Shown: one piece after another, positions 28,530 through 39,300 of the stretch
Layout: each line of letters starts with the position of its first letter
Position numbering within the stretch: position 1 is the stretch's first letter
NCBI GenBank assembly: GCA_045863235.1
Contig: BTUM01000001.1
Coordinates: forward strand, 128,001 to 192,000
DNA from: Candidatus Xenobia bacterium
Lineage (GTDB): Bacteria > Vulcanimicrobiota > Xenobia > Xenobiales > QWHO01
Reading direction: 5' to 3'
Length of the DNA stretch: 64,000 nt
Notes under the pieces: model-generated
The model's database searches: none
Told to the model about the DNA's origin: nothing
The model's input: the letters and a program-made list of their open reading frames with translations, nothing else
Position numbers and translations under genes: made by a program

Positions 28530-30656
28530 CTACGTTCCTACGTCTTGCAGTAGCACGGTTGCGTGCCATGTGATGTTGTTGTTGGCTGCGCCGGTCACGC
28601 GCACACGGATATTCCCGGCGCCGTCGCTGTCGATTGTGGCGTCCCAGCCGGCCTGATCCTCGGCGGTGTGGTCAGCCGTGAGGGCTCCCACCAGAGTGGT
28701 CACCCCTCCGACCGTCTTCCATGTCCCGTGGATCACGTAGCTTGCGGCGTCCTCGGCCGTGCCTGCCGTGCCGCCCGTGCGCCGGGCCAGCACCCGAGCC
28801 TCGACGTGGTAGGTCCTGCTTGCTGTCAGGGCGATGGTGGCCAGGGTGGTCACGGTCGCGTCTGTAGTGGTCGTGCGATACTGCCGCACGTAGAGGTTCG
28901 GGTCGCTGTTTGTGGAGACAGACTCGACGCGCAGAATCTCCACGTCGGTGGCTGCCGAAATGAGGTAGACCCGGCCGCCATTGGTGCGGATGGCGTCATT
29001 GATGGTGGACGAACCCGATTGTGCGGCGATGTAGAGCCCGTAACTGTTTGTTCCGCGGCTGTTACCCTGATTCTCAATCAGGACTCCGTAATTCGTCGTG
29101 GGGCCACAAGGGGCGGCTCCAGACCAGGATGGAGCCGATGCCTCAATGGCCGCAGCCGTGCCATTGTTTCCCCCGGTGCTGGAGATCCATTGCCCCTTAA
29201 TTGCGGTAAGGCTCGAAACCGTCCCGGTTGCGTGGACATTCTGGGCAGAAATAAAGGCCCCGATCATATTGTTGCCGGTGGCTCCCGCCGCTACAGACTG
29301 TGCGGTCGCAGTGATTCCCCGCCCACTTTGTGCCGTCCCCGAACAAGCCAAATATTGCGTGAATCCGGTCTGGCCATTCACCGACGATGTAAAACTTACG
29401 CTCGTGTATTTGTTGAAGAGAAAGGCGTTGGTAGTTCCTGCCGCGACCGAGGATCCGAATGTGGTAACACCGGAAGAAGCGACAACAATTTCCATGTAGT
29501 TGCTGGCATCATAACTCCACCGCTGCTGCGTGCTGGTCGAGCGGACTTCCAGCGTTCGGGCCGGCGCGGCAACTCCAAACCCCCAGCGCCCGTTTACCTC
29601 GTCGAAGGTGTGTGTCCCGGTAGCTCCAAAGAAGATGTTTCCCAGCGTGACATGGCTCGTGCTGCGAAGCGTCAGGTCGTTCCCGCTCGCCGTCCCGCCA
29701 ATCAGTTCCTGGCCGCCACTCCGTCCGAGCGACAGCGCATACTGAGTATGGTCGTCGTCCCCGAGCCCAGTAAGGGCGCCATGGTCGGTCACGCCCGCGC
29801 TCACCGTCTGCCAGGTCATGTCATCGCGCAAGTATTTCGTGCCGGTCCCACCGCCCGAACCCAGGTCGGCATGGGCAATCGCGCTCACGGTGATGGCCGC
29901 GCCCGCGCTGCTCTGCCGCAGGAACTGCCCGGTGCCGCCCGTGGCGGAGAGGTCGGCAGCAGTGCCGCCAACGGCCAGACTCCAAACCCCGCCCGAGGCC
30001 CCCAGGGTGTTGCGCCCCGTGGCTGCGTCCGCGTCGTCAATCAGCGACCGCCCGAACGAGGTGAGCGGAGTCTCGGCCCAGGTGTCGGCTGCGGTCGAGT
30101 AGGCCACCCGGTCAGCCGCGGTCGGCAGGGCCGCCAGGGAGGTCAGGCCGGCGTCGTAGGCCTGCACGTGCGTCCCGATCACCAGGCCCAGGGTTGTGCG
30201 CTGGGCGGCCGCGTCGGCGTCGTCGAGCAGGGCTCGGCCGGCTGCCGTGCAGGCGATCTCCTCCACGTTCCCGGCGTCAGGGGATGAGCGGCCGAGCAGG
30301 CGGTCGGTGGCGGAGACGTTCTGCATCTTGGCGTAGGTCACCGCGTCTTCGTCTATAGTCCAGACCGCGCCTGAATCGGAAACAGTGATGTCGCCCTTGT
30401 CGCCGTCGTCTATTGACCCGAGCTCGTCAAGCCGCCAGAGCTTGGTTCCATCCTGCGTGTAAGCCCAGCCCCCATCGGCCTCGGGGTAGAGCCCTGAATT
30501 TAAGGCTGCGCGCGAGGACACAGCGGGCAGTTGCGGTCGCCCGACAGGCACGCGCAGTTGCGCCAGCATCTCGTTCTCGCCCGTGGTGCGCAGGTGGGGG
30601 TCACGTTCGACACCAAGAGGCAGCTCCGGCCAGGTGGGCTCGTCGCACACGGTCAA
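28530..30656 (-). CDS. Tail fibre / receptor-binding protein
   Basis: Gly/Thr/Ala-rich, with GRALLDDADAAAQRTTLG and GRSLIDDADAATGRNTLG repeats and DHGALTGLGDDDHTQY; last large tail gene. Start is TTG 30656 or GTG 30650. Confidence 0.8.
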   Translation of the reverse strand: MTVCDEPTWPELPLGVERDPHLRTTGENEMLAQLRVPVGRPQLPAVSSRAALNSGLYPEADGGWAYTQDGTKLWRLDELGSIDDGDKGDITVSDSGAVWTIDEDAVTYAKMQNVSATDRLLGRSSPDAGNVEEIACTAAGRALLDDADAAAQRTTLGLVIGTHVQAYDAGLTSLAALPTAADRVAYSTAADTWAETPLTSFGRSLIDDADAATGRNTLGASGGVWSLAVGGTAADLSATGGTGQFLRQSSAGAAITVSAIAHADLGSGGGTGTKYLRDDMTWQTVSAGVTDHGALTGLGDDDHTQYALSLGRSGGQELIGGTASGNDLTLRSTSHVTLGNIFFGATGTHTFDEVNGRWGFGVAAPARTLEVRSTSTQQRWSYDASNYMEIVVASSGVTTFGSSVAAGTTNAFLFNKYTSVSFTSSVNGQTGFTQYLACSGTAQSGRGITATAQSVAAGATGNNMIGAFISAQNVHATGTVSSLTAIKGQWISSTGGNNGTAAAIEASAPSWSGAAPCGPTTNYGVLIENQGNSRGTNSYGLYIAAQSGSSTINDAIRTNGGRVYLISAATDVEILRVESVSTNSDPNLYVRQYRTTTTDATVTTLATIALTASRTYHVEARVLARRTGGTAGTAEDAASYVIHGTWKTVGGVTTLVGALTADHTAEDQAGWDATIDSDGAGNIRVRVTGAANNNITWHATVLLQDVGT

Positions 30657-33265
30657 GGCACCTCCGTCCCCATCACCAGGCTGAGGATCTTGTCGTCGTG
30701 CCCCGTCACCACCAGGGCGCGCCCGAGCTCGACGTTGGCCACTGCCATCAGGTCGGCGTATGTGCTCCCCAGGCCCTCGATGTCGGGGGAGTCGATGGTG
30801 GCGTGCTCCGCATCCACTCCCACTCGCTGGGTCCAGAGCTGCAGCTGCTCCGTCTCCGTGGTGTCGTAGGTCGGCGGGTCCTCCTCGTTCTCGGGGGGGA
30901 TCTCGGTCTCGACTACCAGCACACCTCGCGCGGCCACGAAAGCCTGGTCGGCACCCAGCAGCACCGGCGTAGAGATGGAGTCGAGCGCGAAAACGGTCGA
31001 GGTGAGGGTTTCCTCGTCGTAGGTCCCGTCGAGTTGCTCCTCCCAGGCCGGGTCCTCGTGCTCGGAGCGCAAGGCCAGTGTCCAGTCGAAGAACGCGAAT
31101 GGTCGCGCTGCTGGCCTGGCCGGGTCCTCGTCCGCAGGGTTCTCGTCGGGGCTCGGCCAGAGTCCGGCGTAGGCTCTCGGGGCGAACACCGGGCCCGACT
31201 CGTTGGCGGCAGCGTGACAACTGCTCCAGGGCACCGTGTAGCTCTCGTGGAATGTGTCGCCACCCGTCTGGGTCGTGATGCGGATGGTGCGAAATCGGCG
31301 GCGCAGAATACCGGTGAACGGTCCGTTGACGCAGACATTGTAATCAATGGACGTGCCAGGGATGTTCACCGTCGGAAAGTGACTGTTCGTGTCGTGGTAG
31401 AAGCTCCACAGCCCAGGGTCGCCCTCGGCCTCCTGCACAATCACGTACTCAATCTCAAAGACCACCGACTCGCCGGGCTCGAGCTCACGCTTGTAGCTGG
31501 CCAGAATCTCAGTCGGGTCCTCGCCGGGCCCCACCTCGGGTGCGACCATCAGCTCGATGGTGAGGGGGAGCTCGCGCCAGGAAATTCCCGAACTCTTCTG
31601 GGGCACGGTGTAGCTGGCGGCCGTCGCTGCGCCCACCAGAACCTGAGTGTCCCATCCGTGAACGTGGTGAGTCGGGACGCGGCTCGAGCTGACGACCTCG
31701 TAGCGGTCGTCCTGCGGCAGGTCGGTCAGGTAATCCAGGGTCGCGGTGAACAAGTCCTCCAAAATCTGGAGGTCAGCGGTGAAGACGCGATAGAGCAAAA
31801 GCCCCCAGGTCGGTGTAGCCGTGATGCCCTCGGACCTGGTCCCCTTCTCCCACAGCGTAAAGTGCGTCAATAGGGTGCCCAGGATGATGGCCTCCACCGA
31901 GCCGAACCGTAGCTCTTCCCAGTGGTAGAGCAGCCGGCCGGCCTGGGTCAGAACTGAGGTGTAGACCCGATACTCCGTGCCAGTCCAGCCCTGGTTGGCC
32001 TGGGCCACCGTGACGCCTGATTCCCCCACGCGCCAGACCGGCAACTGCTCGGCGTAGCTCCAGATCGGGACCAGGAGCGTCCCGGAGTTGGCGTCCTGGG
32101 CGATCTCCCGCACTACGGAAAAATCGCGCAGGTATCCGCCATGTCTGACCCGGCCAAAGCCCCGCTCGAAGTCCTGGCCTCTCTGACCGCCCTCGAGCGC
32201 CCAGGGGAGCGGGGAGGAGCCCATTCCCCAGGAGCCTGCGTCGAGCGCAGCGCCCTGCGCCCAGGCAACCGTCGGAGTGCCCAGCGGCAGCGCGCTGGTG
32301 CCCAGGATTTCACCGGTCGCCTCGTTGACCTTGCAGACCCGCAGGTCATCCCAGACGCCGTCCCCGGCGTGCCAGGTGCCCACCACCTGCCAGCGGTAAC
32401 CGTGCGCGAGAAAGCTGCTCCCGAGCGGGATGCCTGGCAACTCGCAGGCCCAGACGTGCGACCAGCCCTCGGCTGTCACCAGCGTCTTGCTGAGGTAAGC
32501 CGGCTCCTCCCAGCTCTCGTACACCTCGAGCGGCAGCTGGCTGAGCGGGTTCTCGCCCCCGGTCACCCAGGCCGTGTAGACGTGAAAGGGCCCGGCCACG
32601 TCGCCGTTGGGCTCGGTCTCGAGCACCAGACAGACCGGCCCGACCTGGTCGTCGAACGGGTCGGTCAGGAGCTGGGCGGCCACGGTGTAGCTCGGCCCGC
32701 TGCCCGGATTGGATAGGTCGTGGTGACCAGCCACCAGGCACCAAACCCCATCCCGACGCTGCCAGAACCAGACCAGACTAGTAACGATGCGCGGGGTCGC
32801 CACAGGCCCACCGCCAGCGCTCGGGTGGGTGTGGCTCTGGACCCCGAGGGGCTCGGGCGACCAGGTGCTGGTGACCGACCCCGCGAATCGGGCGCACCCC
32901 TCGTCCCGCCCGTGTCGCGCCCAGTCGAGCAGGACCAGGATAGCCGGAGAGTAGGGCGCCAGCTCCGGGCCACCGATCATCCGAGCTGCTGCCAGGATGA
33001 ACGGCCGCTGAGGATCGCGCTGATCGTATCCGACCACCACGGTCTGGCCATCCCGAATGCGCCCCCGCCTCCTGCGCCGCCTGGCATCCACGCACACCAC
33101 CGGGACACCGGTCACCACCAGGTCGCCAGGCCCGTCCCCGCCGCCGAACCCCACGTCCACCCTGCCGTCCTCACCGACGCGCGCAGTGCCTACCCTGACA
33201 TTCGGGCGGGCCTGCATCGCGGACTGGATGGCACGCTGCAGTGCGTGAGGGGACGGCTGACTCAA
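30653..33265 (-). CDS. Large minor tail protein (hypothetical)
   Basis: 870-aa Trp-rich, acidic, beta-rich ORF in the tail-tip module; TTG overlaps the upstream stop. Confidence 0.65.
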   Translation of the reverse strand: MSQPSPHALQRAIQSAMQARPNVRVGTARVGEDGRVDVGFGGGDGPGDLVVTGVPVVCVDARRRRRRGRIRDGQTVVVGYDQRDPQRPFILAAARMIGGPELAPYSPAILVLLDWARHGRDEGCARFAGSVTSTWSPEPLGVQSHTHPSAGGGPVATPRIVTSLVWFWQRRDGVWCLVAGHHDLSNPGSGPSYTVAAQLLTDPFDDQVGPVCLVLETEPNGDVAGPFHVYTAWVTGGENPLSQLPLEVYESWEEPAYLSKTLVTAEGWSHVWACELPGIPLGSSFLAHGYRWQVVGTWHAGDGVWDDLRVCKVNEATGEILGTSALPLGTPTVAWAQGAALDAGSWGMGSSPLPWALEGGQRGQDFERGFGRVRHGGYLRDFSVVREIAQDANSGTLLVPIWSYAEQLPVWRVGESGVTVAQANQGWTGTEYRVYTSVLTQAGRLLYHWEELRFGSVEAIILGTLLTHFTLWEKGTRSEGITATPTWGLLLYRVFTADLQILEDLFTATLDYLTDLPQDDRYEVVSSSRVPTHHVHGWDTQVLVGAATAASYTVPQKSSGISWRELPLTIELMVAPEVGPGEDPTEILASYKRELEPGESVVFEIEYVIVQEAEGDPGLWSFYHDTNSHFPTVNIPGTSIDYNVCVNGPFTGILRRRFRTIRITTQTGGDTFHESYTVPWSSCHAAANESGPVFAPRAYAGLWPSPDENPADEDPARPAARPFAFFDWTLALRSEHEDPAWEEQLDGTYDEETLTSTVFALDSISTPVLLGADQAFVAARGVLVVETEIPPENEEDPPTYDTTETEQLQLWTQRVGVDAEHATIDSPDIEGLGSTYADLMAVANVELGRALVVTGHDDKILSLVMGTEVP

Positions 33266-33537
33266 TGCTCCTCCTCCTCGGGCCCTCCTACGTAGGGGGC
33301 CCGGCCCAGGACGCTGGCCAGGCTCCATCTCCCCTCCGGTGTGCAGAGCAAAGCTGGTGCCCCGCCGTGCCAGCCGGTAGGCATCGGGACGGCGCTCACC
33401 TGTGCTCCGTTGGTCAGCTGCACCGTGGCCCCGGTCTCGTCGGTGGAAACGGTGCTCGCGGACTTGAAGGAGGCGCTGGCCCGGAGTTGGCCCGCCACAA
33501 CCTGGTGGAGGGTGCGCAAGAAGCCGAGGTCACTCAT
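33262..33537 (-). CDS. Small hypothetical tail protein
   Basis: 91 aa; overlaps both neighbours. Confidence 0.6.
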   Translation of the reverse strand: MSDLGFLRTLHQVVAGQLRASASFKSASTVSTDETGATVQLTNGAQVSAVPMPTGWHGGAPALLCTPEGRWSLASVLGRAPYVGGPEEEEH

Positions 33538-35176
33538 CCGGGTCCGCCTTTCTGCTCAGCTGCAGACTCATCTCAGCCTTGCTCGCCCCCACCGTCTTGG
33601 TCACGCTCTCGACGTACCAATATTTTTGGGTGGTCCAGCCGGCGGCCGTGAGCAGGAGCGAGATGGTCTCGCCGCGCTCGGCCCAGGGCCAGAGGATGCA
33701 GTACAGGTTCAGGATGTTGGCCAGGCGCAGGCTGTTCTCGACGCATCGCCGGGCGAGCTCGAACGCCTGGCTGGCGTGGGCGATGTTCGGGGTCTGCTGC
33801 ACCGGCTCGCGCCTCGTCCCCCACTCAGCGACCGCAGCGGCGTCCCTGTGGCGCTTGGTGTAGTACTCGGAGAACTGGCTGGGCAACCCCAGCGGGTCAG
33901 CCCCGTACCAGACGATATGGGCGCGTGGCTTGCGGCCCGGTGGCCAGGGCGTGTCGGAGTCCTCCAGGTAGAGGAATCGGCACCCGTAGGTGGGCCGGGA
34001 GTCGCGGTAGGTCCCGCTTGTGCCCTTGATCGGATTCCCGTCCGCGTCCAGGTACTGGTAGATGGAGATGGTGCCGTGGAAGACCTCAATCTCCTCCACG
34101 TCCACGCTGGTGCGAGGCGGGTCGAACGGAACCGTGTGGTAGCCGAGAATCTCGAAGGCCTCCTCGTCAAACTCGGCGATGATGTTGCTGGCGCGGTCGA
34201 GCTTCTCGACCACCTTCTCCGTCTGAATGCCCGCCCCGGTGGCGCGGAACTTTGCCTGGCGCACCTGGTACCTGTCCGTGACACGCCAGCGACCTGGACC
34301 GTTTTCCCGGTATTTGGGCTCTCGGACCGTGAACACGTCGTCGTCGAAGAACCACTCGAGCTGGAACTCGTTGATGAGCTGCTGCAGCAGGCTCATCGGC
34401 TGACCGATAGCGGTGAACTGAGCCATGGGCGCATCGTCGAACTCGAACCGGTAGCGCACTCCCATAGCCGTCAGGATGGTGGCCATGATGCCCTGCACGG
34501 TGTGGATGCTGCCCTGGACGGATTTGAAGTCGCCGAAGTTCTTGTCCTTGACGAGCACCAGCCATTCGCTCAGGTCGGTGCCAGATATGACGGCGGTCAT
34601 TCGGCCCTTGTCCAGATCCCAGGCGTAGTCGTTGCGGATGAGCCAGTCTCGCCGCCAGACTCTGCCGGCGGTGCGAATCTCAACTCGGTAGCGCCGCTTC
34701 ACGCCCGAGTCATTCACGTCGCCGCCCCGGTGCTTGCCGCCCGCGAAGGGCCCGGACTCAGGCACCGGAATGAACTGCCGGAATGCATCGGGCCCCAGGG
34801 TGGCTGACCAGGAGATGGCGCCGTTGGTGGGCTCGGTGATGCTGAACTCTGTGCAAGGAATCTCGGTAGCGCCGCCCTCGACCAGCTCGAGCTTGATCCC
34901 GTACTTCAGGCTCTTCAGGTTCGTCCTGGTGATAGTCCGTCCACCGCTGATGCTGACGCTGACCAAAGCTGGCTCGCTCAGGAGCCGCTGGAGGGCGTGC
35001 TGCTCCTCGCCCCGGTAGCCGACCCGGAAGCCGAACTCACCGCTGACCTGGCGGTCGTAGCCGACCCGGAAGCCGAACTCACCCGCCGGCCCGCCGTAGC
35101 CCACAGCGAAACCGAACTCGCCGCCGAACTCAGGCGCGTAGCCGACCCGGAAGCCAAAGTCGCCGCAGACAGCCAC
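33530..35176 (-). CDS. Tail-tip / hub-like protein with N-terminal FGFxVGY repeats
   Basis: 548 aa; position in the tail module; C-terminal YWYVESVTKTV...MSLQL resembles hub-protein ends. Confidence 0.55.
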   Translation of the reverse strand: MAVCGDFGFRVGYAPEFGGEFGFAVGYGGPAGEFGFRVGYDRQVSGEFGFRVGYRGEEQHALQRLLSEPALVSVSISGGRTITRTNLKSLKYGIKLELVEGGATEIPCTEFSITEPTNGAISWSATLGPDAFRQFIPVPESGPFAGGKHRGGDVNDSGVKRRYRVEIRTAGRVWRRDWLIRNDYAWDLDKGRMTAVISGTDLSEWLVLVKDKNFGDFKSVQGSIHTVQGIMATILTAMGVRYRFEFDDAPMAQFTAIGQPMSLLQQLINEFQLEWFFDDDVFTVREPKYRENGPGRWRVTDRYQVRQAKFRATGAGIQTEKVVEKLDRASNIIAEFDEEAFEILGYHTVPFDPPRTSVDVEEIEVFHGTISIYQYLDADGNPIKGTSGTYRDSRPTYGCRFLYLEDSDTPWPPGRKPRAHIVWYGADPLGLPSQFSEYYTKRHRDAAAVAEWGTRREPVQQTPNIAHASQAFELARRCVENSLRLANILNLYCILWPWAERGETISLLLTAAGWTTQKYWYVESVTKTVGASKAEMSLQLSRKADPDE

Positions 35177-35177
35177 G

Positions 35178-35948
35178 TCAGGAGGAGGCCTTCCATTTCA
35201 CCACGGGCTTCATGTAGGCGATTCGCTCGGGCAGCTCAGCGTAGCCGGTGGTCTCGAACCAGAGCCCGATGGCCTCGTTCACGGCAAGATCCCCTCCGCC
35301 GGGAACGGTCAACGCCGTCGCCAGGCTGAAAGCCCCAGAGAACGTCACACCCGTTGGCGGGGTCAGCCTGTCGGTTGTGCCCAGATTGGAATCCACCGCC
35401 GGGTCGAGGCCGAGGCGGTGCTCAGAAGTCGCGCCAGTTTTGCCGATCGGGATGTAGCCGAGCTGGTCGCCCCGAATCAGTCGGATGTTCCGACTCGCGT
35501 TCTGCAACGCCGTCCCGGCCTCGTTGCAGCACTCCATCAGGACCGGCGATTCCTCGTCCATCTGATTCTCGCCAGACACGGCTGTCGTGCCGTTGCACTG
35601 CTTCAGCTCGGTCGTCCACTCACCGCCGAGCTTGTAGCTCACCCGCACCCAATCGGTGCAGGGCCCGTCCGCCTGGATCTGCCAGGTCCCCTGGGCGGCC
35701 GGCTTGTTGAGGCCGTTGGCGACCCAGAACCGAAGATTGCTCAGGGTGGCGTCCCCAGTGTTCACGGCACCCAGCTTGTAGTGCCAGGGCCCCAGGTCGG
35801 GGGGCTCGTCGGGGGTCGGGATGTCAGGGATGAATGCGCCCTCAGTGTCCTCGTCGAGCGGCGAGCCCAGGTCGGGGTCTCCACCTTGCGGGCTCACATC
35901 GTCGTCGGCCCAATCGTCTGTCAGATAGGGAGTAATCGTCCCGGCCAT
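35178..35948 (-). CDS. Minor tail protein (hypothetical)
   Basis: 256-aa beta-rich ORF, TGATG-coupled to the upstream gene. Confidence 0.65.
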   Translation of the reverse strand: MAGTITPYLTDDWADDDVSPQGGDPDLGSPLDEDTEGAFIPDIPTPDEPPDLGPWHYKLGAVNTGDATLSNLRFWVANGLNKPAAQGTWQIQADGPCTDWVRVSYKLGGEWTTELKQCNGTTAVSGENQMDEESPVLMECCNEAGTALQNASRNIRLIRGDQLGYIPIGKTGATSEHRLGLDPAVDSNLGTTDRLTPPTGVTFSGAFSLATALTVPGGGDLAVNEAIGLWFETTGYAELPERIAYMKPVVKWKASS

Positions 35949-36379
35949 CAGCTTCCACTCCCTTCGATGCGGTCATGGACCTTGAGCCGGTTCACGACTG
36001 GCGAGAACCACCCGGACAAATAAGCCCCGGGCGTGCAGACCAGCGAGTCGCCCGGCAAGTAGCTCACCACCCAGGTGGTGCTGCCGTCATCAGGCGACCA
36101 GTGAAAAGGCTCGGCTTCGTCCCGCAGTGCCTTCAGAGCGTTGACCATGTCGAGCGAGGCCACCGGCAGCACCACGTCGACCCGCCCGTGACTGATACGC
36201 GTCCCGAAGGCAATCTCCACTTCCTCGCCCGGATAGTAGCGCGACCCGTCCCACACCGGTACCATCGGCTCTACCTGTGAGAGGAACGGCACCTGCACCT
36301 CGGGCTCGGGGAAGGGGGCGCTGACGCCCACCAGGTCGATTTGCCCGGACGCGTCCTGGCGGCGGAAGTAGTGGGCCAT
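35948..36379 (-). CDS. Post-tape-measure (distal-tail position) protein ending in GSGS
   Basis: 143 aa immediately after the tape measure gene; C-terminus HDRIEGSGS. Confidence 0.65.
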   Translation of the reverse strand: MAHYFRRQDASGQIDLVGVSAPFPEPEVQVPFLSQVEPMVPVWDGSRYYPGEEVEIAFGTRISHGRVDVVLPVASLDMVNALKALRDEAEPFHWSPDDGSTTWVVSYLPGDSLVCTPGAYLSGWFSPVVNRLKVHDRIEGSGS

Positions 36380-39300
36380 CAGGCCAGTCCCGGTATCGCG
36401 GGCGCGTCGCCCATCAGTCGGGCCTGCATCCCGGTGGAGTCGAGAAATCCCTGGATGGTGGCCTTCTCCCCGTCGGGGCCCAGGAGCTCACCCTCCACGA
36501 CCACTCCACCCGACAGAACCACCTCGAGCTTCGGCTTGCCTGCCTGGGCGGCGGCCTCAGCGGCAGCGCGCTGGTTGATTGGGGAGAAACTGGCACCCTT
36601 CGCGGCTGCCCCGACAGCAGCATTGGCCGGGGCGCTGAGGTCGGGAACGGGCAGCTTCGGGGCGGTCAAGTTACCGGCTGAGGTCAGGGCCCCGTCCAGG
36701 GCGCCCGATACCTGGGCGTCGGTCAAATCGCCGGATTTCCCTGTTGCAGCCCTTTTGCTTGACGCGAACCCGGTGAAGGAGTCGGAGGGGGCCCCGAAGT
36801 TTGCAAAGGCCCCGGCCACGTCACCAGGGTCGTACACGCCCCCAGTGGTCTGCTCACGGCTTCCGAGCAACGAGCGCCTCGCCGCCTTCTCGGCGTCCAC
36901 GGTGCTCTGCACGTCGGCCTTTTCCTGGTCGAGCAGCTTCTTCTTTTCGGCCGCCACGAAGCGGGCGATGGTCTCCTCGTCCACGCCGGCCTCGCGGGCC
37001 TTCTGGACGGTCTCGAGGATGGCCCGGACTTTGATCTCTCGCTCCTTGCCCTCGGCTTGGAGGGTGGCGTCCTCGAGTTGCTTCGTCAGGTCCTTGCGCT
37101 TGTCGAGCAGCTCCTTGTTCGCTTCGTCCTCGAGCTTCTTGCGCTCGCCGTGATACCAGGCTTCCACCAGCGCCTTGTCCTGGGCCACCTTCAGATACTC
37201 CGCCTTCTGGCGGTCCAGCTCGGCGATCTTCGCGGCAGTCTCACCCTGAGTGAGTCGGACGACCTCGATGGCCAGGTCGGACTCGAGCTTCTTAGCGGCG
37301 TCAGCGGCCTTCTTGCGCTCGTCGGCCTGCTTCTTGCGCTCGCCCTCGGCCTCTTTGAGCAGCTGGCCCCTCAGCCGAGCGATGTCCAGCTCGAGCTTGC
37401 GCTCCTCGTCTTTCTCGAGCACCAGCTGGGTCTGGCCAAACTTGCGAGACTGGAGCACCTGCTCGAGCAACGCCAGCTCCTGCTGGGTGCTCAGTTCGTG
37501 CAGTGCCCTTTTGCGGGCGACAAAGAACTCGAGGTCCTTTAGCGCGTCCTGAGTGCGCTGCCGTTGCCGTGCGGCCAGGGCGTCGGAGTCGTCCGCTTGC
37601 GCAACCTTGCCCGGAGCCTGGAGCGGCGTTGCATCGCTCTTCGGGCCTGCAATTTCGGGCGTCGGGGTCTTGGCGTTCTCTGTCTTGACCAATGCGTCCA
37701 GGAAGGTGTTGCCGGTGACGAGCCGGCCAACCCCCTTCAGGCCCTCGAAGAATCGGTTCCCGCCCTGCTCACCTCGAGCCAGGTCCTGCTGATTTCCCTG
37801 GCGCAGCAACCCGGCCACCTTCTGAGTGTCCTGCTGCAGTGTCCCCAGCTGGTCCTTTACCAGGCCCGGAAGCTGGTCCATCGCCACAGCGAGAGAATCA
37901 AGCAGGTCGGCCAGGGCGCCCTTGATGACGGCTACCAGGCCCACGAACAGGTCCTGGACTCCGCCGAAGAGCTGCGTAAAGGTCCCTTCCAGCTCGGTGG
38001 CCATGTGGCCCAGCGCCTGGCCAATCTGCCCGATAGCGGTCAGAGCCTTGTCCACCAGGTCGAGCAACCAGGTGCTCAGCATGAGGAACCCCTGGCCCAT
38101 TCCAGCGATGCTCGGGTCGAAATGCTTGCGCTTTAGCAACTCCCAGCGCTCGCCGAACTGCTCATCCCACGCGGCCGCGGCCTGCTTAGTGGCCCCGGCG
38201 GAATCGCTGAAGGTGGCTAAGAGGCCCTCGAACTCCCCCTTGCCCTGCCGAATGCCGCGGACGAAGTCGTTGGCAACTTTCTTGCTAAGCAGGTCCATCG
38301 CCGCGTCCATCTGTGCGGCGGAGCCCTTGCCCTCCCCAAAGGTCCGGAATAGCGCCGCCAGCACGCTGCGGGCCCCATTGACCGGGCGCCCGAACTGGTC
38401 GAGCTCCACGCCTAGGCGCTTCAGCGCTGAGGCCTGCTTGTCGGTTGGTTCGCGCAGGGCACCCATCATATTGGTGAGGCCCTTCAGGGCGGCCTCGGAA
38501 TTGGATACGTCGAACTGGGTCAGCAGGGCCAGCGACTCGTCGAAAGACAGCCCTGCCGCAGCAAATACCCCCTGGCCGCGCTGCAGAGTGGTGCCGAGCT
38601 GATCCACGCTGGCACCACTGGCCCGAGCTGCCACGGTCAGGCGGTCCAGGATGGGTTGGACCTGCTCCGTGCTCAGGCCCCAGGCATCGAGCAGGTCACG
38701 GGTCGTGTTGATGTTCTCTCGGACGTCCGTCTGATGGACCTTGGCAAAGTCCAGGAAGGCCTGCGTGACCGGGACCAGGTCGTTACCGATGTCACGGAAC
38801 TCGCGTCGCATCGCCTGCAACGCGCCACCCAGGGCCTCGATGCTGTTGGTGTTATTTCGGTGCAGGGAGATGAGAGCGCCCTCGAACCGCTTTGCCTCGC
38901 CCGCGCTGGCTCCGGTCTGTGACCGGAATCGAGCCATCGCGTCGTGGAGCTGGGTCCCGAACACCACGGCATCCGCGCCCAACTTGATCAGAGCGGCGCT
39001 CAGCGCGCCCAGGACGGCTGGCCCGGCGAACCGCAGAGCCATCGCAGACACGCGCTCGAGCTGACCTCCAAAAGAGTTCATCTGGGATCGAGCGGCACCC
39101 AGCTGAGAGCTCAGCTGACCCGCGCGCGCCTGAGTATCCTCGAGCGACTTGCGCATCTTGTCGAGCTTGGCGGCGGCCTTCTCCGCGCCAGTACCACCGG
39201 CGGCCACGGCCTTCTCAAGCTTGGCAATCTGCGCCGCCTTTCGATCTGCAACCGCGCGCGTCTTCTCGAGCTGCTGCTCAAGGCGCTTGACCTTCGCGGC

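Noticed and set aside
28530..30656. Diversity-generating retroelement targeting the tail fibre
   Set aside because: No reverse transcriptase and no template/variable repeat pair seen in the window.
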